54,130 bases of DNA, from the NCBI GenBank assembly GCA_011391275.1, contig JAABQW010000111.1, positions 1 to 54,130 of the forward strand, read 5' to 3'. Made by a program: the position numbers and the translations under genes. The notes under the pieces were generated by a model. That model was not told where the DNA came from. It did no database searches and worked only from the letters and a program-made list of their open reading frames with translations. Source of the stretch: Betaproteobacteria bacterium (GTDB lineage: Bacteria > Pseudomonadota > Gammaproteobacteria > Burkholderiales > Usitatibacteraceae). Positions 8,205-16,251 of the stretch are shown here, piece after piece; position 1 is the first letter of the stretch; each line of letters begins with the position of its first letter.

Positions 8205-8960
8205 ATGAACCGTTATCGCGCTGCCGCCTATTACCTGACGGGCACCTGCGTCGTGGCGACCACGGTGTTCCTGCCGATCTACTTCTTCTGGTATCCCGGC
8301 GCCCTCTTCGACCAGGCCGGCGGGCGTGAGCTCTTCCAGCTCATCGTCGGCGTCGACCTCGTGGCCGGGCCGCTGCTGATCCTCATCGTCTTCGTGCCGG
8401 GCAAGAAGGGGCTCGCGTTCGACCTGCTCGCGATCGCCATCATCCAGGCATCCGCGCTCGCCTACGGCGTGTACGTCCTCTTCGAGTCGCGCCCGGCCTA
8501 CATCGTCTTCGTGAAGGACCGCTTCGAGATGGTTCGCGCCAACGACATCGCCGACGACGAGCTCGAAAAGGCGAAGCCGGGGCCGTACGCGACGCTGCCG
8601 TGGACGGGGCCGCGCATCGTGGGCGCTCCCATTCCGAAGGACCCGGACGAGCAGTTCCGGCTCATGATGTCCGCGATGAACGGCGCCGACATCCAGAGCT
8701 TCCCGCGCTACTACAGGGACTACGGGACGGTGACGGCGCAGGTGCTCGCGCGCGCCGCGCCGCTCGCAAGGCTGCGCGAGCTGAACCCGGGCCGGCAGGC
8801 GGACGTCGACCGCCTCGTCGCGAAGCTGGGGCGCCCCGAGGCGGCGCTCCGGTTCCTGCCCATGCGCGCCGGGAAGCACGCCGACGTGACGGTCGTCGTC
8901 GACGCCGGGAGCGCCGAGGTGCTGTCCATCGCCGCGTTCCGCCCGTGGGAATTCCAGTGA
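8205..8960 (+). CDS. TfpX/TfpY/TfpZ-like type IV pilin accessory membrane protein
   Basis: It lies immediately downstream of pilA. The N-terminal TM segments and the pattern FWYPGALF…GGRELFQLIVGVDLVAGPLLILIVF.PGKKGLAFDLLAIAIIQASALAYG match my recollection of Pseudomonas TfpX/Y/Z accessory proteins. Confidence 0.65.
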   Translation: MNRYRAAAYYLTGTCVVATTVFLPIYFFWYPGALFDQAGGRELFQLIVGVDLVAGPLLILIVFVPGKKGLAFDLLAIAIIQASALAYGVYVLFESRPAYIVFVKDRFEMVRANDIADDELEKAKPGPYATLPWTGPRIVGAPIPKDPDEQFRLMMSAMNGADIQSFPRYYRDYGTVTAQVLARAAPLARLRELNPGRQADVDRLVAKLGRPEAALRFLPMRAGKHADVTVVVDAGSAEVLSIAAFRPWEFQ

Positions 8961-8994
8961 CACGCCGCCCGCCCGAGAGCGCCGGAACCGCGCG

Positions 8995-11900
8995 ATGAGG
9001 CGCTCCGACCCCATCCTGGTCCTCTTCTTCCTGTCGGGCTTCTCGGGGCTGGTCTACGAGTCGGTCTGGTCGCACTACGTGAAGCTCTTCCTGGGCCACG
9101 CGGCGTACGCGCAGACGCTGGTGCTTGTGGTCTTCGTCGGCGGCCTGGCGCTGGGCGCGTGGCTCTGCGCCCGCGTCGCGCAGCGGCTGCGCAACCCGCT
9201 GCGCCTCTACGCCCTCGTGGAGGGCGTGATCGGCTTGATCGCCCTGGGCTTCCATCCCCTCTTCAACGTAGCGGTCGAGTGGGGATACGGGTCGCTTCTG
9301 CCGGCCACCTGCGACCCGGGCTCCACCTTCTGTGCCTCCCAGTGGCTGCTTTCCGCGGCACTCCTCGCGCCGCAGTCGGTGCTGCTCGGGGCGACGTTCC
9401 CGCTCGTGTGCTCCGCGGCGCTGCGCCTCGCGCCGGACCAGCCGGGCCACGACATCGCCGCGCTCTACTTCGTCAACAGCTTTGGCGCCGTGCTGGGCGT
9501 GCTCGCCTCGGCCTTCGTGCTCATTCCCGCAACGGGCCTGCCCGGGACGCTCGCCACGGCCGGCGTCCTGAACCTCGTCATCGCCGCCGCGGCGATCGCC
9601 ATGTCGCGCATCCCGCCTCCGGCGCTCGACGTCGCGCCGGCGCCGGGCGGCACGGGGGCCGCGGCCGCCACGCCGGCCAACCTGGCGGTCCTGCTCCTGG
9701 CCGTCTCGTTCTTCACCGGGCTCTCCTCGTTCATCTACGAGATCGTGTGGATCCGCATGCTGAGCCTGGTCCTGGGCGCCTCGACCCACGCCTTCGAGAT
9801 CATGCTGGCGAGCTTCATCCTCGGCCTCGCCTTCGGGGGGCTGTGGATCCGCACGCGCGTCGACGCGGCCACCGACATCATCCGCACCCTCGCCATCGTG
9901 CAGCTCGCGATGGGAGTCGCGGCCATGGCGACCATCCCCGTGTACAACGGCGCGTTCGACCTCATGGCGTGGATCCTGCGCGCGGTGGCGCGCAACGAGG
10001 CGGGGTTCGTGCTCTTCAACGCCAGCTCGACCGCGATCGCCCTGCTGGTGATGCTGCCCGCGACTTTCTGCGCCGGCATGACGCTGCCGCTCATCACCTT
10101 CCGGCTGCTGCGCTCGCCCACCGGCGAGCGGGCGCTGGGCCTCGTCTACGCGGTGAACACGCTCGGGGCGATCGTCGGCGTGATCGTCGCCGTGCACCTG
10201 CTGCTCGAGTGGCTGGGCGTGCAGGGCGCGCTCCTCGTGGGCGCGGCCATCGACGTGGGGCTGGGCGTGGCACTCCTCGGCGCGACGGGCGGCGCGCGCC
10301 GCCGCTGGGTGCCGGGGCGCGAGGCCATCGCGGGCATGGTCGCCCTGGCGGTGCTGGCGTCGCTCTTCGACATCGATCCGCGCCGCTCGTCCTCCGGCGT
10401 GTTCCGGACGGGCACGGCAAAGCTCGCCCTCGACGAGACGGTGGTCTTCCACCGCGACGGCAAGACCGCGACCATCGACGTGATCGAGACGCAGGGGACG
10501 CTCTCGGTGCGGACCAACGGCAAGCCCGACGCGAGCATCGCCTGGAAGGCGGGCCGCGCGCCGACGCTGGACGAGACCACGATGGCGCTCCTGGGCGTCC
10601 TGCCGCTGGGCCACCGTCCCGACGCGAGGACGGCCGCCGTCATCGGCTTCGGCTCGGGCATGACGACGACGATGCTCCTTTCCTCGCCGGGCCTGGAGCG
10701 CGTCGACTCCGTCGAGATCGAGCCCGCCATGGTCGATGGCGCGAACCTCTTCCGCCCCGCGGTCGAGGCCGCCTTCGCCGACCCGCGCAGCCGCATCGTG
10801 ATCGACGACGCGAAGTCCTACTTCGCCCGCGGCGGCGCCCGCTACGACATCATCGTCTCGGAGCCTTCCAACCCCTGGGTGAGCGGCGTGGCTTCCCTCT
10901 TCACCGAGGAGTTCTACGCGCGCCTGGCCACGCACCTGAACGACGGCGGGGTGCTGTCCCAGTGGCTGCACACATACGACATGGATGCCGCGACGCTCGC
11001 CTCCATCGTGCGCGCGGTCGCGAAGACCTTTCCCGACTTCAAGGTCTACAGTTCGATCGACACCGACATCATCCTCATCGCGAGGAAGGGGGGCGCTCCG
11101 GGCCGGTTCGACGCGCGCGTCCTCGAGTTCGAGCGCCTGCAGCCGGTGCTGGAGCGCCTCAAGCTTCGCGATGCGGAGGTCTTCCGGCGGCGCGCGGTGG
11201 CCGGCGCGGACCTCATGGTGCCGTTCCTCGCCACCTACGGGTCGCCCTCGAACTCGGACTTCCATCCCTACGTGGAACAGCGGGCGCCCAAGTCGCGTTT
11301 CACGCAGGCCCACGTGAACGAGCTGGTCGTCCTCCAGGGCGCCGCCGTGCCGATGCTCGAGATGCTGGGCGCCGGCGCGCGCCCGTCGCGCGAGCGCCAT
11401 GACGCGAGGCTCACGGCGTACATCGAGGCGGCCGTCGGCGAGGCCTGGGCCGTGCACGACGGCGTGCTGGGCCGGGTGCCCGCGAGGGCGCAGGGCGCCG
11501 AGGCGTCGGTGCGCGAACAGGCGGCGCAGGTCGCGCGGTCGTGGGCCGTGGACTGCCGCAGTGACGCCACTTTCGAGCGCACCCTGCCGTCCCTGCTGGT
11601 CGTCGCCGAGACCGTGAACCCCTTTCTCCACCCCGCGGCCGCCGGCGACGTGTGGCGGCTGGTGGGGGACTCGCCGTGCGCGAAGGCGCTGCCCGAGGGC
11701 GCGCGCCGCTGGCTCGATCTCTTCGGCGCCGTCGCGCAGCGCGATGCCGCGCGCATGGCGTCGCTGGGCGGTACCCTGCTGGAATCCACGCGCGGCGCGC
11801 GATCGGCCCTGAGCGAGTACGCGTTCTTGGCCACGGCCACGGCGCTGGCGTGCCAGGGCGAATCAGCGCGCGCGCGCGACCTGCTGGGGAAGGCGGGAGA

Positions 11901-12018
11901 GCCGTGGGTTCGCGAGGGCGGGCGCGCAACCGAAATGCGCCTGCTCGCCGCCATGACCGATCCCCGGCTCGGGCCCGCGGGTACCAGGCCCGCCTGCCGG
12001 CCGGGAAATCACTCGTAG
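8995..12018 (+). CDS. Fused polytopic-membrane / spermidine-synthase-like protein (paralogue 2), 1007 aa
   Basis: Same architecture as 4411..7389, with long identical runs (SGFxGLxYESxWSHYxKLFLGHAAYAQTLVL; DDAKxYF…RYDxIVSEPSNPWVSGVxSLFxEEFY). The C-terminal helical region is divergent. Confidence 0.82.
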   Translation: MRRSDPILVLFFLSGFSGLVYESVWSHYVKLFLGHAAYAQTLVLVVFVGGLALGAWLCARVAQRLRNPLRLYALVEGVIGLIALGFHPLFNVAVEWGYGSLLPATCDPGSTFCASQWLLSAALLAPQSVLLGATFPLVCSAALRLAPDQPGHDIAALYFVNSFGAVLGVLASAFVLIPATGLPGTLATAGVLNLVIAAAAIAMSRIPPPALDVAPAPGGTGAAAATPANLAVLLLAVSFFTGLSSFIYEIVWIRMLSLVLGASTHAFEIMLASFILGLAFGGLWIRTRVDAATDIIRTLAIVQLAMGVAAMATIPVYNGAFDLMAWILRAVARNEAGFVLFNASSTAIALLVMLPATFCAGMTLPLITFRLLRSPTGERALGLVYAVNTLGAIVGVIVAVHLLLEWLGVQGALLVGAAIDVGLGVALLGATGGARRRWVPGREAIAGMVALAVLASLFDIDPRRSSSGVFRTGTAKLALDETVVFHRDGKTATIDVIETQGTLSVRTNGKPDASIAWKAGRAPTLDETTMALLGVLPLGHRPDARTAAVIGFGSGMTTTMLLSSPGLERVDSVEIEPAMVDGANLFRPAVEAAFADPRSRIVIDDAKSYFARGGARYDIIVSEPSNPWVSGVASLFTEEFYARLATHLNDGGVLSQWLHTYDMDAATLASIVRAVAKTFPDFKVYSSIDTDIILIARKGGAPGRFDARVLEFERLQPVLERLKLRDAEVFRRRAVAGADLMVPFLATYGSPSNSDFHPYVEQRAPKSRFTQAHVNELVVLQGAAVPMLEMLGAGARPSRERHDARLTAYIEAAVGEAWAVHDGVLGRVPARAQGAEASVREQAAQVARSWAVDCRSDATFERTLPSLLVVAETVNPFLHPAAAGDVWRLVGDSPCAKALPEGARRWLDLFGAVAQRDAARMASLGGTLLESTRGARSALSEYAFLATATALACQGESARARDLLGKAGEPWVREGGRATEMRLLAAMTDPRLGPAGTRPACRPGNHS

Positions 12019-13232
12019 CGCAGGGCCTCCACCGGCCTCAGGCTCGCGGCGCGCCGCGCCGGCCAGAAGCCGAAGAAGATCCCCGTCGCCGCGGATACCG
12101 CGAAGGCGATGAGCATCACGGAGGCCGAGAAGGCCACCTCGATCTGCATCGCCTTGCCGACGGCGTACGCGCCGGCCACGCCGAAGGCGATGCCGATGAG
12201 GCCGCCCACGATGCAGATCATCAGCGCCTCGAGCAGGAACTGCAGCAGCACGTCGCGCTGGCGGGCGCCGATCGCCATGCGGATGCCGATCTCGCGCGTG
12301 CGCTCGGTGACCGACACCAGCATGATGTTCATGATGCCGATGCCGCCCACGACGAGGGAGATCGAGCCGATGGCCCCGAGCATGAGCGAGAGGATGCGCG
12401 CGGTCTGGGAGGCCGCCTCGGCCACCTGCGTGAGGTTGCGCACGGTGAAGTCGTCGTCCGCGTCGGGCTGGATGCGGTGGCGCTGGCGCAGGAGCAGCGT
12501 GATGTCGTGCTCCGCCGCGCTGGTGGCCGACTGGCTCACGGCCTGCACGAACATGAAGCGCACGGTGCCGGGGAAGCGGTTGCCGAAGAGCTTGCTCTGG
12601 GCCGTCGTGATGGGCACCAGGATCGAGTCGTCCTGGTCGCGCCCGTCGAGGCTCTGGCCCTTCTTCTTGAGGATGCCCAGCACCTGGAAGGGCTGGCCGC
12701 GGATGCGGATGGTCTTGCCGACGGGGTCCTCGGTGTCGAAGAGCTTTTCCACCACCGTCGCGCCGAGGAGGGCCACGCGGGTCGCGCTGCGGATGTCGGT
12801 CTCGCTGATCGCGTCGCCCGCCTCGACGGGCCAGTCGCGCACCGAGGTGTACTCGGGCGTGACGCCCAGGACCTGCGTGCCCCAGTTGTTGATGCCGTAG
12901 GCGACCTGCGCGCCGCCGGGGAAGGTCGGCGCAACCGCCTGCACCGTGGGCAGGCGCGCGATGGCCTCCGCGTCGCCGGTCGTGAGGGTGGGGGCGTTGC
13001 CCGAGCCCATGCGCAGCGTCCCCGCGCTCGTGCTGCCCGACAGGATCACGAGCAGGTTGCTGCCCATGGAGGAGACGGCGCGGTTCACCTGGTTCTGCGC
13101 GCCCGTGCCGACGGCGAGCATCAGCACCACGGCCGCCACGCCGATCACCATGCCCAGCATGGTGAGGCCGGTGCGCAGCTTGTTCGCGCCCAGCGAGCGG
13201 GCGGCCTCGCGCAGGATGGAGCCGACGTTCAT
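12009..13232 (-). CDS. MacB/FtsX-family ABC transporter permease
   Basis: MNVGSILREAARSLGANKLRTGLTMLGMVIGVAAVV… is a typical MacB_PCD plus FtsX permease. A 4-nt overlap with the upstream ATPase gene fits a shared operon. Confidence 0.9.
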   Translation of the reverse strand: MNVGSILREAARSLGANKLRTGLTMLGMVIGVAAVVLMLAVGTGAQNQVNRAVSSMGSNLLVILSGSTSAGTLRMGSGNAPTLTTGDAEAIARLPTVQAVAPTFPGGAQVAYGINNWGTQVLGVTPEYTSVRDWPVEAGDAISETDIRSATRVALLGATVVEKLFDTEDPVGKTIRIRGQPFQVLGILKKKGQSLDGRDQDDSILVPITTAQSKLFGNRFPGTVRFMFVQAVSQSATSAAEHDITLLLRQRHRIQPDADDDFTVRNLTQVAEAASQTARILSLMLGAIGSISLVVGGIGIMNIMLVSVTERTREIGIRMAIGARQRDVLLQFLLEALMICIVGGLIGIAFGVAGAYAVGKAMQIEVAFSASVMLIAFAVSAATGIFFGFWPARRAASLRPVEALRYE

Positions 13233-13939
13233 GCCGCCCCCTCGTGGACCACCGCCCCGTCGTGCACCACGCGGCCGTCCTTGAAGCGGATGAGCCGGTT
13301 GGCGTACCGGGCGATGTCGTTCTCGTGCGTGACGAGGAGGATCGTGACGCCGGTCTCGCGGTTGAGCTCGGTGAAGAGCCCCATGATGTCCTCGCTCGTC
13401 TGCGTGTCGAGGTTGCCCGTGGGTTCGTCGGCGAGGATGAGCTGGGGGCGGTTGGCGAGAGCGCGCGCGATGGCCACGCGCTGCTGCTGGCCCCCGGACA
13501 GGCGGTTGGGCATGGCGCTCCCGTAGGCGCCCAGCCCCATCTTGTCGAGGAGCTCCTGCGCGCGCCGGCGCCGCTCCGCCCCCGCCGTGCCGGAATAGAC
13601 CATGGGGAGCGCCACGTTCTCCGCGGCCGTGATCCGCTTGAGGAGGTTGAAGCCCTGGAAGACGAAGCCGAAGACGCGGTTCCTCACGTGCGCCAGCTCG
13701 TCGGTGGAGAAGCCCGCGACATCCTCGCCGTTCAGGCGATAGGCGCCGTCGGTCGGCGCGTCGAGGAGCCCGACTATGTTCATGAAGGTGGACTTGCCGG
13801 AGCCGGATGGCCCCATCACCGCCACGAACTCGCCCTGCTCGATGGCGAGCGTCACCGACTGCAGCGCCGGCGGCGTCCCGGGCACGGACGTCTCGTACTG
13901 CTTGCCCAGGTTCTCGACTTCGATGAAGCGGCCGGCCAT
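13229..13939 (-). CDS. ABC transporter ATP-binding protein (MacB/LolD type)
   Basis: Walker A is GPSGSGKST, the signature is LSGGQQQRVAIARAL, and Walker B is LILADEPTGNLD. Confidence 0.93.
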   Translation of the reverse strand: MAGRFIEVENLGKQYETSVPGTPPALQSVTLAIEQGEFVAVMGPSGSGKSTFMNIVGLLDAPTDGAYRLNGEDVAGFSTDELAHVRNRVFGFVFQGFNLLKRITAAENVALPMVYSGTAGAERRRRAQELLDKMGLGAYGSAMPNRLSGGQQQRVAIARALANRPQLILADEPTGNLDTQTSEDIMGLFTELNRETGVTILLVTHENDIARYANRLIRFKDGRVVHDGAVVHEGAA

Positions 13940-13943
13940 GGCG

Positions 13944-15140
13944 CTAGAACATGCGCAGGCGGACCTGCGACCGCGGGCCGCCCTGGCCCGCCAGGTCGCG
14001 CGTGACGAGCTTGTCGCCTTCCTTCACGTCGCCGCCGGTGATTTCCGTCCACCCGGTGTCGGAAACGCCCACCTGGACGGGAACGGCGGCGAGCTTGCCG
14101 TCGACCACCTTGAAGACGCGCGAGCCGGCATCGCGGCGCCCGGCTCCGCCCCCCGCGCCGCCGCCTTTCGCGGCGCCGCCGCCGGACTTGGCCGCGGCCT
14201 GCCCCGGCTCGGCCGGCGGGCGGAAGCGCAGCGCGGCGTTGGGCACGCGCAGCACGCCCTCGCGCCGGTTGGCGGTGATCTGCACGAAGGCCGTCATGCC
14301 TGGCTTCAGCTTGCCCTCGGCGTTGTCCGCGCTGACGATGACCGTGTAGCTCACCACGTTCGACTGGATCGTGGGATTGAGCCGCACCTGGCGCACGGCG
14401 CCGCGGAAGAACTGGCCGGGAAAGGCGTCGACGCGGAAGCGGGCCGGGAGGCCCTCCCTGATGCCGCCGATGTCGGCCTCCGCGATGCTCGTGTCGATCT
14501 GCATCTGCGCGAGGTCGCGGGCGATCTGGAAGAGGGTGGGCGTGTTGAAGCTCGCCGCCACCGTCTGGCCGAGCTCGACGTTGCGCGCGACCACCACGCC
14601 GGAGATGGGCGAGCGGATGATCGTGTAGCGCAGGTTGGTCTTGTCGCGGGCCACCTGCGCCTGCACCAGCTCCACCTGCGCCTGGGCGGCCTCGAGCTCC
14701 TTCACGGCGATGTCGAGCTCCGCCTGCGAGATGAAGCCCTTGCCGACGAGCGAGCGGGTGCGCGCCTCCTTCGTCTGGGCCAGGCGAAGCGAGGCCATCG
14801 CGCCGTTGAGGTTCGCCTCGCTCTGCGCGAGTGCCGCGTTGAAGAGCGAGGGATCGAGCTCGGCGAGGAGCTGGCCGTCCTTCACCTCGCTGTTGAAGTC
14901 GGCGTGCAGCTTGATGATCGAGCCGGAGACCTGCGTGCCCACGTTCACCGAGGTGACCGGGTTCACCGTGCCGTTGGCCGAGACCACCTGCACGACGTCG
15001 CCGCGGTCGGCGACCTCGAGGCGCCAGCGCTCGGCGGGCGCGGAGTCGGATTGCGAACGCCACCAGGCAAAGCCTCCCGCGGCGGCGGCGATGACCAGGA
15101 TGGGAACGATCAGGCGGGGGCGGAAGAGTGCGCGCGGCAT
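13944..15140 (-). CDS. Efflux periplasmic adaptor subunit (MacA/HlyD family)
   Basis: An N-terminal TM anchor is followed by coiled-coil and barrel-sandwich sequence typical of RND/MFP adaptors. It lies directly upstream of the ABC ATPase and permease. Confidence 0.9.
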   Translation of the reverse strand: MPRALFRPRLIVPILVIAAAAGGFAWWRSQSDSAPAERWRLEVADRGDVVQVVSANGTVNPVTSVNVGTQVSGSIIKLHADFNSEVKDGQLLAELDPSLFNAALAQSEANLNGAMASLRLAQTKEARTRSLVGKGFISQAELDIAVKELEAAQAQVELVQAQVARDKTNLRYTIIRSPISGVVVARNVELGQTVAASFNTPTLFQIARDLAQMQIDTSIAEADIGGIREGLPARFRVDAFPGQFFRGAVRQVRLNPTIQSNVVSYTVIVSADNAEGKLKPGMTAFVQITANRREGVLRVPNAALRFRPPAEPGQAAAKSGGGAAKGGGAGGGAGRRDAGSRVFKVVDGKLAAVPVQVGVSDTGWTEITGGDVKEGDKLVTRDLAGQGGPRSQVRLRMF

Positions 15141-15227
15141 GGCGGAGGGGAAGAAGTTGCTTTTCCTGATTCTAGGGGAGGGAAGCGGTTGCCGTGCCGG
15201 CGCCTTACCAATGGTTACAAGTGCGGG

Positions 15228-16067
15228 TCAGGTGGGCGGTCGCCATGAGTTCGCGCGGATGGGCAGTCCGTTCGAAAGGTAGGCGAGGAAGAATTCCAGG
15301 TGGGCGAGCTCGTCGGAGCCGGCCGGGAAGGGTGCTGCGCCCATGCGGTCCAGGCACTCGCGCACGCGCATCTGCAGCGTCAACGGGCGGCCGTCGCGCA
15401 GGTGCGGCCACTGCACGGCGGCGCCCACGGGGGAGGGGATGGCGGTGTCGCCGAAGTACTGCCCGGAGTGGTTCGCGTGGCAGGACGCGCACGCGTAGTT
15501 CTGCTGGCCCATGCGCGTGAAGTACAGGCGCCGCCCCTCCTCGAAGCGTTCCCTGGCCGGCGCCGTGGTCGCGCGCACGGCGATCTTGCGGCCGTCCGCG
15601 AGCGAGCGCAGGTAGGCGAGGACCACACCCATGGTCGCGGAGTCGCCGGCATCCATGAGGGGCTGGCCGTGGGTCTTCAGGCACTGGTTGATCGCGGTTT
15701 CGAGCGTGACGAGGCGCTTCACCCGCGGGTCGTACTGCGGATAGGCCGCGGCGATGCGCCGCCCGCCGTTGGGAAAGCACCCGGCCAGCGACCGGCCGTT
15801 GGTGAACTTGCGCGTCCAGATCCTGCCTCCGGCCTCGATCGCCTCCGCGGCGCCGGGCGCCGGCCGGTTGAGCTCGGCTTGCGCGCGGCGGCCGGCGTCG
15901 AAGGCCGCAGCGCCGGCGGCGAGATCCTGCGGCGAGAGCGCGGGATGCCGCTCGCGGGCCTGCGCGAGGATGCGGTTGCGAACCTCCTCGGGATCCGCCG
16001 CGACGGCCGGGGCGAGCGCGAGGGCGAGCAGGAGCGCGAAGGCCGCGCGGCGGTCAGGGAAGCGCAT
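15228..16067 (-). CDS. soxA: Sulfur-oxidation c-type cytochrome SoxA (mono-haem type)
   Basis: Sec signal peptide; GRRLYFTRMGQQNYACASCHANHSG (CxxCH); downstream RVRECLDR with the conserved Cys ligand region; C-terminal LEFFLAYLSNGLPI. No second CxxCH is present. Confidence 0.8.
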   Translation of the reverse strand: MRFPDRRAAFALLLALALAPAVAADPEEVRNRILAQARERHPALSPQDLAAGAAAFDAGRRAQAELNRPAPGAAEAIEAGGRIWTRKFTNGRSLAGCFPNGGRRIAAAYPQYDPRVKRLVTLETAINQCLKTHGQPLMDAGDSATMGVVLAYLRSLADGRKIAVRATTAPARERFEEGRRLYFTRMGQQNYACASCHANHSGQYFGDTAIPSPVGAAVQWPHLRDGRPLTLQMRVRECLDRMGAAPFPAGSDELAHLEFFLAYLSNGLPIRANSWRPPT

Positions 16068-16251
16068 GGAGGAAGTCGATGAGGCGCTCGATCTCGCGAT
16101 CGTCGAGCAGGCGGTGCCGGCCGTAGGGCGGCATCACGGTGTCGGGTTTTGCCCGCGAGGGGTCGTCCAGGAGGTCGCGCAGCCGCGCGCGGGCCGGGGC
16201 TTCGTCGTCGGCGATGAGGACGCGGGGAACGTGGGCCTGGGCTAGCGTCAT
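16054..16251 (-). pseudogene. Chimeric 65-codon ORF: 5' end of an algR/LytTR-type response regulator joined to the 3' end of soxX
   Basis: The ATG overlaps the kinase stop (ATGA), as in fimS-algR operons. Residues 1-30, [30 protein letters not shown], form a receiver-domain N-terminus. Residues ~38-65, TVMPPYGRHRLLDDREIERLIDFLHALP, form a class-I cytochrome c/SoxX C-terminus (Met ligand region) that overlaps the soxA start by 14 nt, as soxX-soxA genes do. There is no CxxCH, no complete receiver domain and no LytTR domain. Confidence 0.55.

Noticed and set aside
15184-15200. Sigma-54-like motif on the minus strand (CCGGCAC-GGCAA-CCGCT) upstream of the efflux adaptor gene
   Set aside because: Only the -24 half is good and the -12 element lacks TTGC. 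GG-N10-GC matches are frequent in GC-rich DNA, and nothing suggests RpoN control of MacAB-type pumps.
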